Source of the DNA: a virus
Lineage: Duplodnaviria; Caudoviricetes
IMG/VR virus record: IMGVR_UViG_3300009488_002371
Location: 1-52,411 of that record
DNA: 52,411 nt
Direction: 5' to 3' (one strand)
The position numbers were made by a program, and so were the translations under genes. The notes beneath the pieces were generated by a model. That model had not been told where the DNA came from. It worked only from the letters and a program-made list of their open reading frames with translations, and made no database searches. Shown here in pieces: positions 1 through 9,264 of this stretch (the stretch's first letter is position 1; every line of letters starts with the position of its first letter).

Positions 1-294
1 CACGCCGGCATGGCTATCATAGGGACACAGATAATTCAGGAGCAGCGCCGTGTAGTCGAAGCCTCTAATGGGCCGCGTTGTGCCGTCCGCACCAAACGCT
101 ATCTCAGGCACAAGGAGGATGCCCCCGAAGATCTCAACCCCATCACGCTCCACCGTCACTTCCGAGAACGCCGTCAAATATTCAGGCCGGGGCAGCCTCG
201 TGGAGAACGTAGCCATGGCCGTAGTGAGCCAGTCTATCGAAAGCGACTCGCTGAAGTCCTTCTCCACGTCGTTGATTTTAAGCGTCGCCCTCAT
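1..294 (-). CDS. Tail/baseplate hub-like protein, 5' part (truncated by window edge)
   Basis: Read manually: ATG at 294 overlaps the TMP stop (ATGA); open for 98 codons MRATLKINDVEKDF...VERDGVEIFGGIL...RGFDYTALL; lies directly after TMP. Confidence 0.65.
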   Translation of the reverse strand, partial: MRATLKINDVEKDFSESLSIDWLTTAMATFSTRLPRPEYLTAFSEVTVERDGVEIFGGILLVPEIAFGADGTTRPIRGFDYTALLLNYLCPYDSHAGV

Positions 295-1802
295 ATCGTC
301 TTACCACGCCTCCTCAATTCAAGGAAGTGCTCCTCCGCCGTCAGGTCCCCCAGCCTCCGAGCTCCGGCCCTGTCGCCTATCAGGCTCTTTATGTTGAAGA
401 CAAAGGTGGGAGAGTACCCTTCTTCACCGCGAGGAGCCGTTTCTTGTCCCGCCGTTCCACCACGGGTAATCTGGCTAATAGGAGTAATGGAGACCAGCTC
501 AGGCCCCGCCTCTCCGGCGAGGATAACCGTGGGTCTGGACACGATGCCGTGGAGGCCGTGTTGGGCTGTTTCGTCTATCTTTTGATAGTATGGCCATTTG
601 GCTATACGTTTGTAAAGTACATCCCTATCCCACGAAGGAATGTCTACTCCTCCCGTATATGGCCCCACATCACCTCTAGTGAGACGAGGTGCCCCCTGTG
701 GAGCGACTGTTGGTCCAGTTATGAGGGTTTTAAAGGCGCTAATGACATCTTGTGCCGCTTTAGTTTGCTTGAAAAACTTTTCTAGTGCCTCAGTTGCGCG
801 TTCGATGATGTCCTCTAGGTCGCCGAAGTTCTTCTCCAAGAGGTCAATTACCTCTGAGGTCGCATCCCTTATTCCGAATAGGTTTGCTTCCCATGCAACT
901 CGGAGAGCCCCTATCGCCACGGTGACGGCGATTATAGGTATCAAAATGGGCGCTATCGCAGCTTCCACAGCAACTATCGGCGGGATTAATCCATACAAGG
1001 ATCTGACAAGCAGGGGTAGTGCCTGAACGGCGATGATAGTTATCGCCGGAGCCAGCATCTGGAAGACGGGAGCCAATGCGCCAAGTGGCCCCAACATTTC
1101 ACCGAGGCCGGTGGTCACGTTTTTTATTGTCGCCGTCCATTGATCCATCGCCCGATCGGTAGCAGCAATGTTGTCGCCTAGAATAGCCGCCTTCTCCGTG
1201 ATCTTCTCCAGAGCCATAGTCTGGAACGCTATACGGCGTTCGTTCTCAGTCAGTGTTGCAGTGGTCTTCCCCACGGACCGGGCGTATTTGATATAGGCGT
1301 CTTCAGCTCGAACGATGATACCCAGGTTGTCCAGCACAAGACGGCTCTGACGGCCAACACCAAGCGTCAACGACTGTATGCCCTGTGTAGCGTCGATGCC
1401 CATGGCCTTCCCGAGGCGGATGGCGGCGCCGAATAGTTCGTCAAGCTCTTCCGTGGGTATCCCCAGGGCGAGGGCTTCGTTTGCCCTGAGAAGCAGGTCG
1501 GAGTCCGACACCATGCCCTGAGTCGCCTTGCGGAGCTCCTCAAGGGAGGGCACGTATTCCCCTGCTGCGGCAGATAGGGCGGCAAAGGACCTGCGCAGTG
1601 TCTGGATCTGGGCGCCCAGCTTAAGGGATGCTATGGCTCCCTGAGTCAATGCCCGCGCAAAGTCCCGCATGAGGACACCGGCAGCGATCTTAGCGGAGTT
1701 CTTTAAGCTATCGATCATGCCTGTGGCCGTGCTCATACCTCGCTTGAACTGACTCGTGTCCGTCGACAGGTAGATGATTAGGTTTCCGCCGACTATTGCC
1801 AT
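291..1802 (-). CDS. Tail tape measure protein
   Basis: Ala-rich helical 503 aa, N-terminal L.I.LSTDTSQF motif, LDNLGI, hydrophobic segments, C-terminal GIVSRPTVILAGEAGPE motif. Confidence 0.85.
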   Translation of the reverse strand: MAIVGGNLIIYLSTDTSQFKRGMSTATGMIDSLKNSAKIAAGVLMRDFARALTQGAIASLKLGAQIQTLRRSFAALSAAAGEYVPSLEELRKATQGMVSDSDLLLRANEALALGIPTEELDELFGAAIRLGKAMGIDATQGIQSLTLGVGRQSRLVLDNLGIIVRAEDAYIKYARSVGKTTATLTENERRIAFQTMALEKITEKAAILGDNIAATDRAMDQWTATIKNVTTGLGEMLGPLGALAPVFQMLAPAITIIAVQALPLLVRSLYGLIPPIVAVEAAIAPILIPIIAVTVAIGALRVAWEANLFGIRDATSEVIDLLEKNFGDLEDIIERATEALEKFFKQTKAAQDVISAFKTLITGPTVAPQGAPRLTRGDVGPYTGGVDIPSWDRDVLYKRIAKWPYYQKIDETAQHGLHGIVSRPTVILAGEAGPELVSITPISQITRGGTAGQETAPRGEEGYSPTFVFNIKSLIGDRAGARRLGDLTAEEHFLELRRRGKTI

Positions 1803-2216
1803 TTACACATACCTCCGTGGAAGAATTATTAACTCTCTGAGAAGACGCCTCATGATCGGAACCGCCTTCTTCGAGGCTGCTGGAAGAAGATAGGGCTGAG
1901 GCGTCTGTCGACTGGTCCCAAATTCAACATAGACCGCGTAGTTAACGAGCTTCCCCGTCTTAGGATTCACCTCGTAGCCGCCAGCCCTGACACCTACACG
2001 GGTTATATCCCCCGCCCTCGCAGCCGTAACTATCAACCGAATGCTATCCCGGAGCGCCCCTGTGTCAACTGGAACGAGCTCCTTAGCCTCCGTTTTAACT
2101 TCTTCGGCGACCTTCTTCAAGACACGGATGGCTGCGGGGTTAATGCCCTCGGTTAGAGCCAGAAAGTTACGTTTGACTTGTTCTGTGCCTACGAGTTTAA
2201 AGTGGGATCTCGCCAT
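1803..2216 (-). CDS. HK97 gp10-like tail completion/neck protein
   Basis: VPVDTGALRDSI and YAVYVEFGTSRQTPQPYLLPA motifs. Confidence 0.85.
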   Translation of the reverse strand: MARSHFKLVGTEQVKRNFLALTEGINPAAIRVLKKVAEEVKTEAKELVPVDTGALRDSIRLIVTAARAGDITRVGVRAGGYEVNPKTGKLVNYAVYVEFGTSRQTPQPYLLPAASKKAVPIMRRLLRELIILPRRYV

Positions 2217-2407
2217 TATGCTGCCGTCACCTTAATCCGTTTACTCCACACTAGAACGTCTACAAGAAACTCCAAAACTTCATCGGTGAGACTCGAAACT
2301 ACTTCAGGGGACGCCCACGCGAAGTGAAGCATTATCATGCCCTTCTTCTGGGCCTCGAAGTCAGCTTCAAGCCAGCTAAGCCGTTTCTGACGAGGTGTTA
2401 TAAAAAA
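2216..2407 (-). CDS. -1 frameshift extension of tail assembly chaperone (gpT-like)
   Basis: Slippery T TTT TTA (plus strand 2401-2407) just before the chaperone stop; -1 frame open for 61 codons to a TAA overlapping the next ATG. Confidence 0.75.
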   Translation of the reverse strand, partial: FFITPRQKRLSWLEADFEAQKKGMIMLHFAWASPEVVSSLTDEVLEFLVDVLVWSKRIKVTAA

Positions 2408-2895
2408 CTGCCCTGCTCCGCGACGATCTTCGTCAGAATCAGGTCAATCCAATGTGCCGGCATGCGCTCCACGATTTTCTTGGTGCAGCGTTTGTCTGCC
2501 CTGCTAAGCATTATTTGGACCGACATGCGGTTAATGAGATCAATCCGCACGGCAGCGTTTTCATCCTCAATCCTCAGTATCTTAACTCGGTCAACTGAGT
2601 TAAGTGGACACCAATAGACATGGAAGCTATCATCGCCCAGCTCGGGCAACAGCAGCTTCTTAGGTTCCAAGGCATCGCTTAGGATCTCATCTATGTCGAA
2701 GAGGTTGCGGGCTTCGGCGAGGTCTCTGTGCGCGGCCTCTTCAAGCATCTTCGCCCGCTCTAGGTTGATCTCGTCAAGCGTCTTCTTCTTCTTAGGCTGT
2801 TTCGCTGGTTTTGTCTTTTTCTCCTTCTCTGCCTTCTGTTTCAGGGCTTCAAGCTTACGCTTAAGCTGTTCAGGGGTTAACCCTATGTCACTCAT
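2398..2895 (-). CDS. Tail assembly chaperone (gpG-like)
   Basis: Position upstream of TMP and slippery heptamer at the 3' end. Confidence 0.7.
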   Translation of the reverse strand: MSDIGLTPEQLKRKLEALKQKAEKEKKTKPAKQPKKKKTLDEINLERAKMLEEAAHRDLAEARNLFDIDEILSDALEPKKLLLPELGDDSFHVYWCPLNSVDRVKILRIEDENAAVRIDLINRMSVQIMLSRADKRCTKKIVERMPAHWIDLILTKIVAEQGSFL

Positions 2896-3160
2896 CTCTA
2901 TTTTTCCTCCATTTTACAAACTCTTCCCATTGGTCCAGTTTGACTATGCGAAGGTGAGTCGTTGAGAATGTCTGGTATATGAGCTTGAACTCCGGCAGGA
3001 CCTCCAGGTGCTTCTTAAGCCTCAGGTAGTCAAGCCAGGTCGTGGCGATGACGAAGGCCGCCGTCCCAGCGTACATGACATCCTCCTCTGACATTTCCTT
3101 TTTCAGCTCCTCGAAGGTGTACCTTCGGATCTGATCTGTTCTTGCCTCCATTCTCATCAC
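2888..3160 (-). CDS. Hypothetical protein
   Basis: Overlap-coupled ORF in the late operon. Confidence 0.5.
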   Translation of the reverse strand: MMRMEARTDQIRRYTFEELKKEMSEEDVMYAGTAAFVIATTWLDYLRLKKHLEVLPEFKLIYQTFSTTHLRIVKLDQWEEFVKWRKNRDE

Positions 3161-3402
3161 CTATAGTAAACATACCTCTTGTCAGGATCCTCGCCGACGC
3201 CGCATATCCAGATGCGTCCCTCGGCGGGGTCCTCGAAGACACGGCAGAATCCTATCTCATCGATGACCCTGCAGGCCTCCTCGACGAGCCGTTCCTCGGA
3301 CACGCTGACGAACTCGCCGTCAAGCGTCTCGAAGTAGCTCCATGTATAGTCTTCGTCGAATACGCAACGAAGCTTCTTGAATGTCTCTCTCATTTCTACC
3401 AA
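3157..3402 (-). CDS. Hypothetical protein
   Basis: Overlap-coupled ORF in the late operon. Confidence 0.5.
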   Translation of the reverse strand: MVEMRETFKKLRCVFDEDYTWSYFETLDGEFVSVSEERLVEEACRVIDEIGFCRVFEDPAEGRIWICGVGEDPDKRYVYYR

Positions 3403-3408
3403 CTCTAA

Positions 3409-3873
3409 TCACGCCGAAAAGAAATTTGCCATCACGCTTATCTCATATCTGAGTATGCGTGGGGTTCTATCCCACTCATGCAGAGCCCGCCCACCGTCCA
3501 ACGGAATCACTAATCCCACAGGCGGCACGAAGCATGTCCGCTTGGTGTTCAGTATCTGCATGACCTCGCGGCGCATATCCTCTATACGGTCCTCCTCCTC
3601 GTCACCCGACTCGCCGCGTCGGATTATGAACCAGCAGTTTACGACGTATCGAGCGTGAATCATTATTGTGAGGTGTATGTTATCCGCCGTGGCGCCGAAG
3701 TATTTTACGGGGCCATCGAAGGAGTGGCGGACCGTTACCTGATGCTTGTCCGGCACTTTGGCGTTGTACCAACCCACCGAGAACTCGACTTTGTGTGCTC
3801 TCAAGTCTCCGGTGAGCGCCCAGTTCTCCTCAAGCATGTCGCGGATCTGCTCGGCTACGCTGTCGCTTGACAT
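3409..3873 (-). CDS. Putative tail terminator/neck protein
   Basis: 154 aa alpha/beta pattern, directly after the head-tail adaptor. Confidence 0.5.
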   Translation of the reverse strand: MSSDSVAEQIRDMLEENWALTGDLRAHKVEFSVGWYNAKVPDKHQVTVRHSFDGPVKYFGATADNIHLTIMIHARYVVNCWFIIRRGESGDEEEDRIEDMRREVMQILNTKRTCFVPPVGLVIPLDGGRALHEWDRTPRILRYEISVMANFFSA

Positions 3874-4523
3874 CAGGTTATCTCCGCAGCGTGATAACGA
3901 TATTTATTTAGGATCGACTTCTCGTTTTCCGTCATGACCTTCGGACTGCGGAAGAGCAGGTTCAAATTACCTCCGCCCTCGAGGATAGGTGTAATGAGCT
4001 CAGGGAGCATCTTCCTTCGGATCATGTCGGCTAGAAGGTTTGAGCAGAGCTGGGCGGTGACGTATTGGATGTCATGCGGAATGGTACCATAACCAAATCT
4101 GGCGGTTATCACGACATTCTGGCGTCCCTCGCAGAAGACGCCGCATACGTGGGCGACATGGGTGTTGTAGGTCCTGAAGTCTGTGAGGGCCTGAGCGACG
4201 GTGTCAATGGTTATCGCCGTTACCTCCATCAGGGGTACGGGTAGGAGGCCGATGGGGAACTCGGGGTATCCGTCGGGCCACTGGGTTACGACGCCGGCTG
4301 AGGTCACATGGACGGTTTCCCTGCTTCTGCCGTCCACGTAGATTGTGCCCACGTTGTCCTGGAAGTTGTGGCGGCAGTAGTTGTCCACGAGGTCCATGGC
4401 CTTCGGTATGAGTATGTCGTTGAGGAAGCTATCGTAATCAGCCTCGTTCTCGAAGCCGACCTGCGGGTGTTTGACCTGGGCGAAGAATCTGACTTCCTCT
4501 GCGCTGGCGTAGTTTACGCTCAA
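3873..4523 (-). CDS. Head-tail adaptor (SPP1 gp15/HK97 gp6-like)
   Basis: YASAEEVR...LVDNYCRHNF, NVVITARFGY..IPHDIQ, C-terminal ILNKYR. Confidence 0.75.
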   Translation of the reverse strand: MSVNYASAEEVRFFAQVKHPQVGFENEADYDSFLNDILIPKAMDLVDNYCRHNFQDNVGTIYVDGRSRETVHVTSAGVVTQWPDGYPEFPIGLLPVPLMEVTAITIDTVAQALTDFRTYNTHVAHVCGVFCEGRQNVVITARFGYGTIPHDIQYVTAQLCSNLLADMIRRKMLPELITPILEGGGNLNLLFRSPKVMTENEKSILNKYRYHAAEIT

Positions 4524-4840
4524 TGGAGTTCCTCCTTGATTACGATGTTATAGTTGCCACGGGCGTGGATCTCCACGCCGAGCTTGGTTAGTATGAGCTC
4601 CCAGTTGTAGCTGCCGATGGTGTCGAAGTCCGCGGCTAGGACGACGTAGTTGCATGTGCCTAGAGTGAGAGGGACGTCGGGGACGCATACTCCTCCGTTG
4701 ACCTTGGGGACGGCTGCGGAGGGGAGCTTCATGTAGAACTTGATTGTGTAGCCTGTGAGGTCGAATGCTGAGTCGTCGTACTTACACTTCAGTTTGAAGC
4801 ATAGGTTGATTCCGTGGTCGTTCTCATAGTAGACAGGCAT
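4520..4840 (-). CDS. BppU N-terminal-like Ig-fold virion protein
   Basis: DLTGYTIKFYMK...G.CNY.V.A.DFDTIGSYNWEL pattern. Confidence 0.6.
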   Translation of the reverse strand: MPVYYENDHGINLCFKLKCKYDDSAFDLTGYTIKFYMKLPSAAVPKVNGGVCVPDVPLTLGTCNYVVLAADFDTIGSYNWELILTKLGVEIHARGNYNIVIKEELH

Positions 4841-4844
4841 TTTT

Positions 4845-4946
4845 TCACACTCTGATTATCTCTGCGTAGATCCCTTCTCTGATTTCCACAGTAACCGTTT
4901 TGCATATCGTTACGCTTCTGAGGAACCAGAACTTCGATGCTAACAT
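4845..4946 (-). CDS. 33-aa micro-ORF
   Basis: Read manually: MLASKFWFLRSVTICKTVTVEIREGIYAEIIRV, with a GAGGAG SD upstream. Confidence 0.4.
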   Translation of the reverse strand: MLASKFWFLRSVTICKTVTVEIREGIYAEIIRV

Positions 4947-5003
4947 ATTTTCTCCTCACAGTTGGACGGTGAATCCAAGTTACTCTCCTGTTTTGAGACT
5001 AAT

Positions 5004-5028
5004 AAAAATAGGGTGAAGGGAGTAAAAA
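5004..5028 (-). terminator. Pyrimidine-rich oligo-T archaeal terminator
   Basis: TTTTTACTCCCTTCACCCTATTTTT downstream of the beta-helix gene. Confidence 0.5.
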
Positions 5029-5069
5029 GTTTAGGGGTTGTAAATTACGTTTGTAAGAGGATGTAATGA

Positions 5070-7127
5070 TTAGACGTATTCTATGTTGTATCCTGCGATG
5101 AGGGTGTCTGTGGCGATGTCGGGTGCAGATGCGGCGTTGTAAATTGCTAGGAGTTCGAGGAGATCCTGTGCGGCTAGTGTGCCTATCTGGGCGTCGTCGC
5201 CTACGTCTATGACCCAGTGGATCACATCATACTGCACGATTGCGCCCTCTTCCACGCTTGGATGGTCCGCTACGTCGATTGCGTTGCCGCTCCACAGTTC
5301 GCTGCTGCCAGCACCGTGGGCGACTATTCTCAGGAGCATGTTATTCGTGGCTTCGATGACATTTGAGTACGCCCATATCTTAATCCTGACTACCTGCTGA
5401 ATCTCAGTTGGTAGGGGTACTTTTACGTGGGCGAACTCGTCGGCGGCATCGATGTCTATTCCGCCTGGGCTTGTGTTGATGACTGGGGCCACAGCGGTAG
5501 CTGTGCCGCCGAGGTTGGATAGAGGAAATTCACCGCTGATTGTTGGGAGAATGGTATCGGTTCCAGCGTCGTTGAATGCTGCTACACGATCAATTCCATA
5601 AAGGTTATTGAAAAGAACAATATTCGCAGTTCCGCCTGCGATGTTTACTTCATATCTGTCATTGTTGTAGCAGGTATTATCAGACACAAGGTTACGATCA
5701 CCATTAATGTATATGCCGTCGTATTGAGTTGTATCGTCGGCATCGCTGTGATGAACAATGTTGTTACCTATTGAACAGCGGTCTGTTTCTATTTTTATTC
5801 CCCACTGAACAGCATATCCAACATGATTGTCATCTACATTAACAAGTACGCCACTAGAAACTAAGATCCCCGTTTCAAGGGACTCCCATACAGTATTAGC
5901 GGATATGATGCCGAATCCAGCAGAACAGTTTATTCCGTTGCCGAGGGGACCATGTATGTAGTTCAATGAAATAATATAGTCTTCTCCCGATACGACTATT
6001 CCATCCCCAGTTCCACCGAACCCTGCGACGTATATTTCGTTCCCTATAATTTTGGCTCTTTCTCCAGTTACAGTTATGTTGTCGTTGGGAACTTGGGAAA
6101 ACGAGTTTTGACTGATTGAATTGCCGTTTCCAGCCACCGTTATGTTTGAATCGGTGAGTGAGTTAGAAGCGAAGATATGACTAGGACCAGCCATCGTTAT
6201 GCCTGAATCTCTGATTATGTTTGAAGTGATGATATGCAGTTCCCCCGCCACAACTAGGGTGTTTGTCGTTGCGCTAATTCCGTTGCCAAGTATTGTAACA
6301 GATATACAGGCTGCTTGCAGTTCAATGCCTGTCCCACTTTCATTGAAAAAACAGTTTGCTATGGAGCTATATCTCATTTGTACTGCGTTAATACCGTGAA
6401 TGCCTGGGATGATAGACTCTGAACTGCTGTCAACTATGAATAAGTTCTCAGCCAGTGCCACATATATTCCAGCTACAGAAAATCTGTCAATCATACAGTT
6501 TGAGATAATTGAGTCGTGTGTTTGCGTGATGTTTATTCCTGTTTCACAGTATCTAACGTATAGTCGCGTCATCGTAAAGTTTCCATGGTCGTTATTATAT
6601 AGAACTCCGTTTAATAAGCGGTGTAGGTAAAGGTTATCATATTGAGCATGTATGGAGTTAACGTCCTCTATTCCAACGTCAAAGTAATACGGTGACGGCT
6701 CATCTATCTTGAAATCCTCGAACACGGGATAATAAACGTCTGTACCGACATCGCCAACCTTGAAAACGCTTATTCCAGTGTGGGGAGAAAAGAAAACAGT
6801 TGACTTACCTGCTCCTCTAATAGTCAGGTAATCAAATAAGACATCTATCTGAGCTGTTATGGTGTAATCTCCAGCCTGAATAAATATCAACCCTCCCCCT
6901 AGGGCTCCAACGTAGTCTATCGCGGCTTGAATCTCCACCTCGGCTGCCCCTTCAGGGTTGTGGGCTATAAGATCCCAGCCACCAACCCCAGCCGCAATAG
7001 CCACATTGTAAGTGGTTCCCGAGAATGTGAATTTGAACACCATAGCCGTTGCACAAAACTGGAATGTGCCAATATCCGCTGGTGAACCCTGCCTTCTAGA
7101 GTCACTCAAACCCGCTACTTGTACCAT
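5070..7127 (-). CDS. Right-handed parallel beta-helix spike protein (pectate lyase 3/NosD-like)
   Basis: IQAAID..GGGLIFIQAGDY motif followed by many Asn-ladder repeats (ISxNxI, GI.V.G); separate C-terminal beta domain. Confidence 0.8.
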   Translation of the reverse strand: MVQVAGLSDSRRQGSPADIGTFQFCATAMVFKFTFSGTTYNVAIAAGVGGWDLIAHNPEGAAEVEIQAAIDYVGALGGGLIFIQAGDYTITAQIDVLFDYLTIRGAGKSTVFFSPHTGISVFKVGDVGTDVYYPVFEDFKIDEPSPYYFDVGIEDVNSIHAQYDNLYLHRLLNGVLYNNDHGNFTMTRLYVRYCETGINITQTHDSIISNCMIDRFSVAGIYVALAENLFIVDSSSESIIPGIHGINAVQMRYSSIANCFFNESGTGIELQAACISVTILGNGISATTNTLVVAGELHIITSNIIRDSGITMAGPSHIFASNSLTDSNITVAGNGNSISQNSFSQVPNDNITVTGERAKIIGNEIYVAGFGGTGDGIVVSGEDYIISLNYIHGPLGNGINCSAGFGIISANTVWESLETGILVSSGVLVNVDDNHVGYAVQWGIKIETDRCSIGNNIVHHSDADDTTQYDGIYINGDRNLVSDNTCYNNDRYEVNIAGGTANIVLFNNLYGIDRVAAFNDAGTDTILPTISGEFPLSNLGGTATAVAPVINTSPGGIDIDAADEFAHVKVPLPTEIQQVVRIKIWAYSNVIEATNNMLLRIVAHGAGSSELWSGNAIDVADHPSVEEGAIVQYDVIHWVIDVGDDAQIGTLAAQDLLELLAIYNAASAPDIATDTLIAGYNIEYV

Positions 7128-7720
7128 TACTTTCTCACGACTCCATCAGGCTCTTTAAACGTGAAACTCTTGATCTTTGGTTTCTTCTTCGGAGGCTTCC
7201 AGTCCTTGACATCCTCAGGCTTGACAAGTTGGATAGGGCCAAGACCTCCATGCTTCCAGTTCATGTAGCAGATGGGAATGTTCCTAGCCCCCTTGTTACC
7301 GTGATCACCCTCACCACAAACAGGGCAGACTAGGCCACCTGAACCCTTACTCAGGTTCCTAGTTATCTCCTGAAAGTGTGGGTTGTGTTGTCTTTCGGAT
7401 TCAACCCTGATCTTGTCGGAATATCTCTGCATCTCGTCACGGTACTTCTCCATGCTCTCCCGTGTGATCTTATCTGGAAGACTTGGAATGTCTGACATAC
7501 CGAGGCCCATAGCAGACATCCTCAGCGCTAGGCTCTCCCTCATCTGTTCAGCCTCGCGCTTCCGGCCCTGAAGCTCCCTCATCACGTCGCTTATCTGGGA
7601 CTTGGTCTCCGCCTTGACAGCTGATCCGCCGTAGAGCCATCCGCTATACTGGCTCTCACACGCTTCCTTGATAGCCTCTCTTAGCTCAGGATCGTTGATC
7701 TCCTCAAGTTTGCTAGCCAT
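7127..7720 (-). CDS. Hypothetical coiled-coil protein with CxxC zinc motif
   Basis: Helical N-terminal half, CPVCG...C...H. Confidence 0.55.
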   Translation of the reverse strand: MASKLEEINDPELREAIKEACESQYSGWLYGGSAVKAETKSQISDVMRELQGRKREAEQMRESLALRMSAMGLGMSDIPSLPDKITRESMEKYRDEMQRYSDKIRVESERQHNPHFQEITRNLSKGSGGLVCPVCGEGDHGNKGARNIPICYMNWKHGGLGPIQLVKPEDVKDWKPPKKKPKIKSFTFKEPDGVVRK

Positions 7721-7743
7721 TACGTTTCACCTTGAATGTCATC

Positions 7744-8307
7744 CTAAGTCTCCTCTTCTAACCCTATCGCCGTTACGAAGGTGCCTCCGCCCGTGATGTC
7801 GCTCGTCTGCACCGCAGGCTGCTCCGCGGCGTCGAACCGCCACCCCACCTGAACACTCACCACCCTCGTGGTCTGCGGTGGGACATCCCATGAATCCAGG
7901 TTGGTCACCCCCACGGACTCGGTGAGGCTTACGATGGTATTCGCCGTCCCCGTGTGTCTGAGTTTCAGGTACATTATCCTCCTCTGGTATCCTGCAGGGA
8001 CCACCGCGCCCAGCGGCAACTCTCCAGGGACACCAGCAGCTATGATTTGGATCTCCGCCGGTGTCTGCCATTGGTTCTCCGCACGGTGCTTCTCAGGGTT
8101 TGTATGCTCTCCCTCGATTCCAATGGTGTCTATGAGGGCCTGTCTTCCAGCGCCTACGACAGGGAGCGCGTCGTATAGGCCGACGCCGTCTTCGTCGAAG
8201 GGGACGGTTCCCTCCATGTGAACCATGTCGGCGCCCACGAGTAGCACTATGGTGCGTACCATCTTTCCCGTTGAGTCGGGTGGCATTTGCATGTGTGATT
8301 CAGCCAT
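7744..8307 (-). CDS. Putative virion decoration protein
   Basis: N-terminal PPDSTGK.VRT motif, beta-rich C-terminus, GGAGG SD. Confidence 0.55.
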   Translation of the reverse strand: MAESHMQMPPDSTGKMVRTIVLLVGADMVHMEGTVPFDEDGVGLYDALPVVGAGRQALIDTIGIEGEHTNPEKHRAENQWQTPAEIQIIAAGVPGELPLGAVVPAGYQRRIMYLKLRHTGTANTIVSLTESVGVTNLDSWDVPPQTTRVVSVQVGWRFDAAEQPAVQTSDITGGGTFVTAIGLEEET

Positions 8308-8373
8308 CTATTTTCCTCCTTGAGTAGTTCCCTTCTTCTCTAATCTGTAGGCTTTCATTTATCTTTTTCATAT

Positions 8374-9264
8374 TCATACCCTAACATGTTCTTTATACCA
8401 TTCTAAGGTTCTACGGACTCCTTCTCTAAAGTCTACCTTCGGCCACCAGCCCAGAAGTTTCCAGGCGTAGTCTATGTCTATCTGCTCCTTCATTATCTGG
8501 CCCGGCCGGTCAGGGTAGAACTCAAGCGCCTTGTTAGTGGAGCCCGTCTCCTCCCTTATGATCTCGACCGTCTGCAGTACAGATAATTCCTCGCTGGTAG
8601 AGAAGTTGATGGTCTTATTTATTACGCCCTTCTCCAGCACCGCCAGAGTGCCCGCGACGACGTCGTCTACATATATGTAGCACCGGGTTTGCTCGCCGGA
8701 GCCGTCGATCGTGGCCGGCGCATCTATGAGCGCCTGGTTGAGGAATATGTAGATGGCGAGAGCGCCTCGGAGCCCTGGGCCGTAGGTCGTGCCGTATCTG
8801 AGGATGTTGTAGCGTAGCCCCCTTTCAGCGTATTCCTTTATTGTGTACTCGCTGAGCAGCTTCGTGACGGCGTATATCTCCGTCGGCACGCAGGTGCTAT
8901 GCTCGTTGCTCGGGTGATCCGATGAATTTCCATAGACACAGCATGTCGAGACGAAGTGAAGGGGCACACCGTAATGCAGGCAGGCCTCGATGAAGTTATG
9001 CGTTCCTCCCACGTTGACCGCAACGCAGTGAGCCGGGTTCTTCCGGGCGTCGTTTATGTTAGCCTCAGCAGCCAGGTGGAGCACGGCCTCCACGCTTTGA
9101 ACGGCGGCGAACACGGCGGCCCGGTCGGTTATGTCTCTGACTATGGACTCGCATAGGCTCGTCTCTATGAGGTCGAAGCACACGGGCTTGTAGCCCCGGT
9201 CGACCATTATCTCTATGAGACGCCTGCCGATAAAGCCGGCGCCCCCGGTAACTAAGATTCTCAT
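8374..9264 (-). CDS. NAD-dependent NDP-sugar epimerase/dehydratase (extended SDR)
   Basis: MRILVTGGAGFIG (true start 9264, ATGA overlap), HLAA, YAVTK. Confidence 0.9.
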   Translation of the reverse strand: MRILVTGGAGFIGRRLIEIMVDRGYKPVCFDLIETSLCESIVRDITDRAAVFAAVQSVEAVLHLAAEANINDARKNPAHCVAVNVGGTHNFIEACLHYGVPLHFVSTCCVYGNSSDHPSNEHSTCVPTEIYAVTKLLSEYTIKEYAERGLRYNILRYGTTYGPGLRGALAIYIFLNQALIDAPATIDGSGEQTRCYIYVDDVVAGTLAVLEKGVINKTINFSTSEELSVLQTVEIIREETGSTNKALEFYPDRPGQIMKEQIDIDYAWKLLGWWPKVDFREGVRRTLEWYKEHVRV

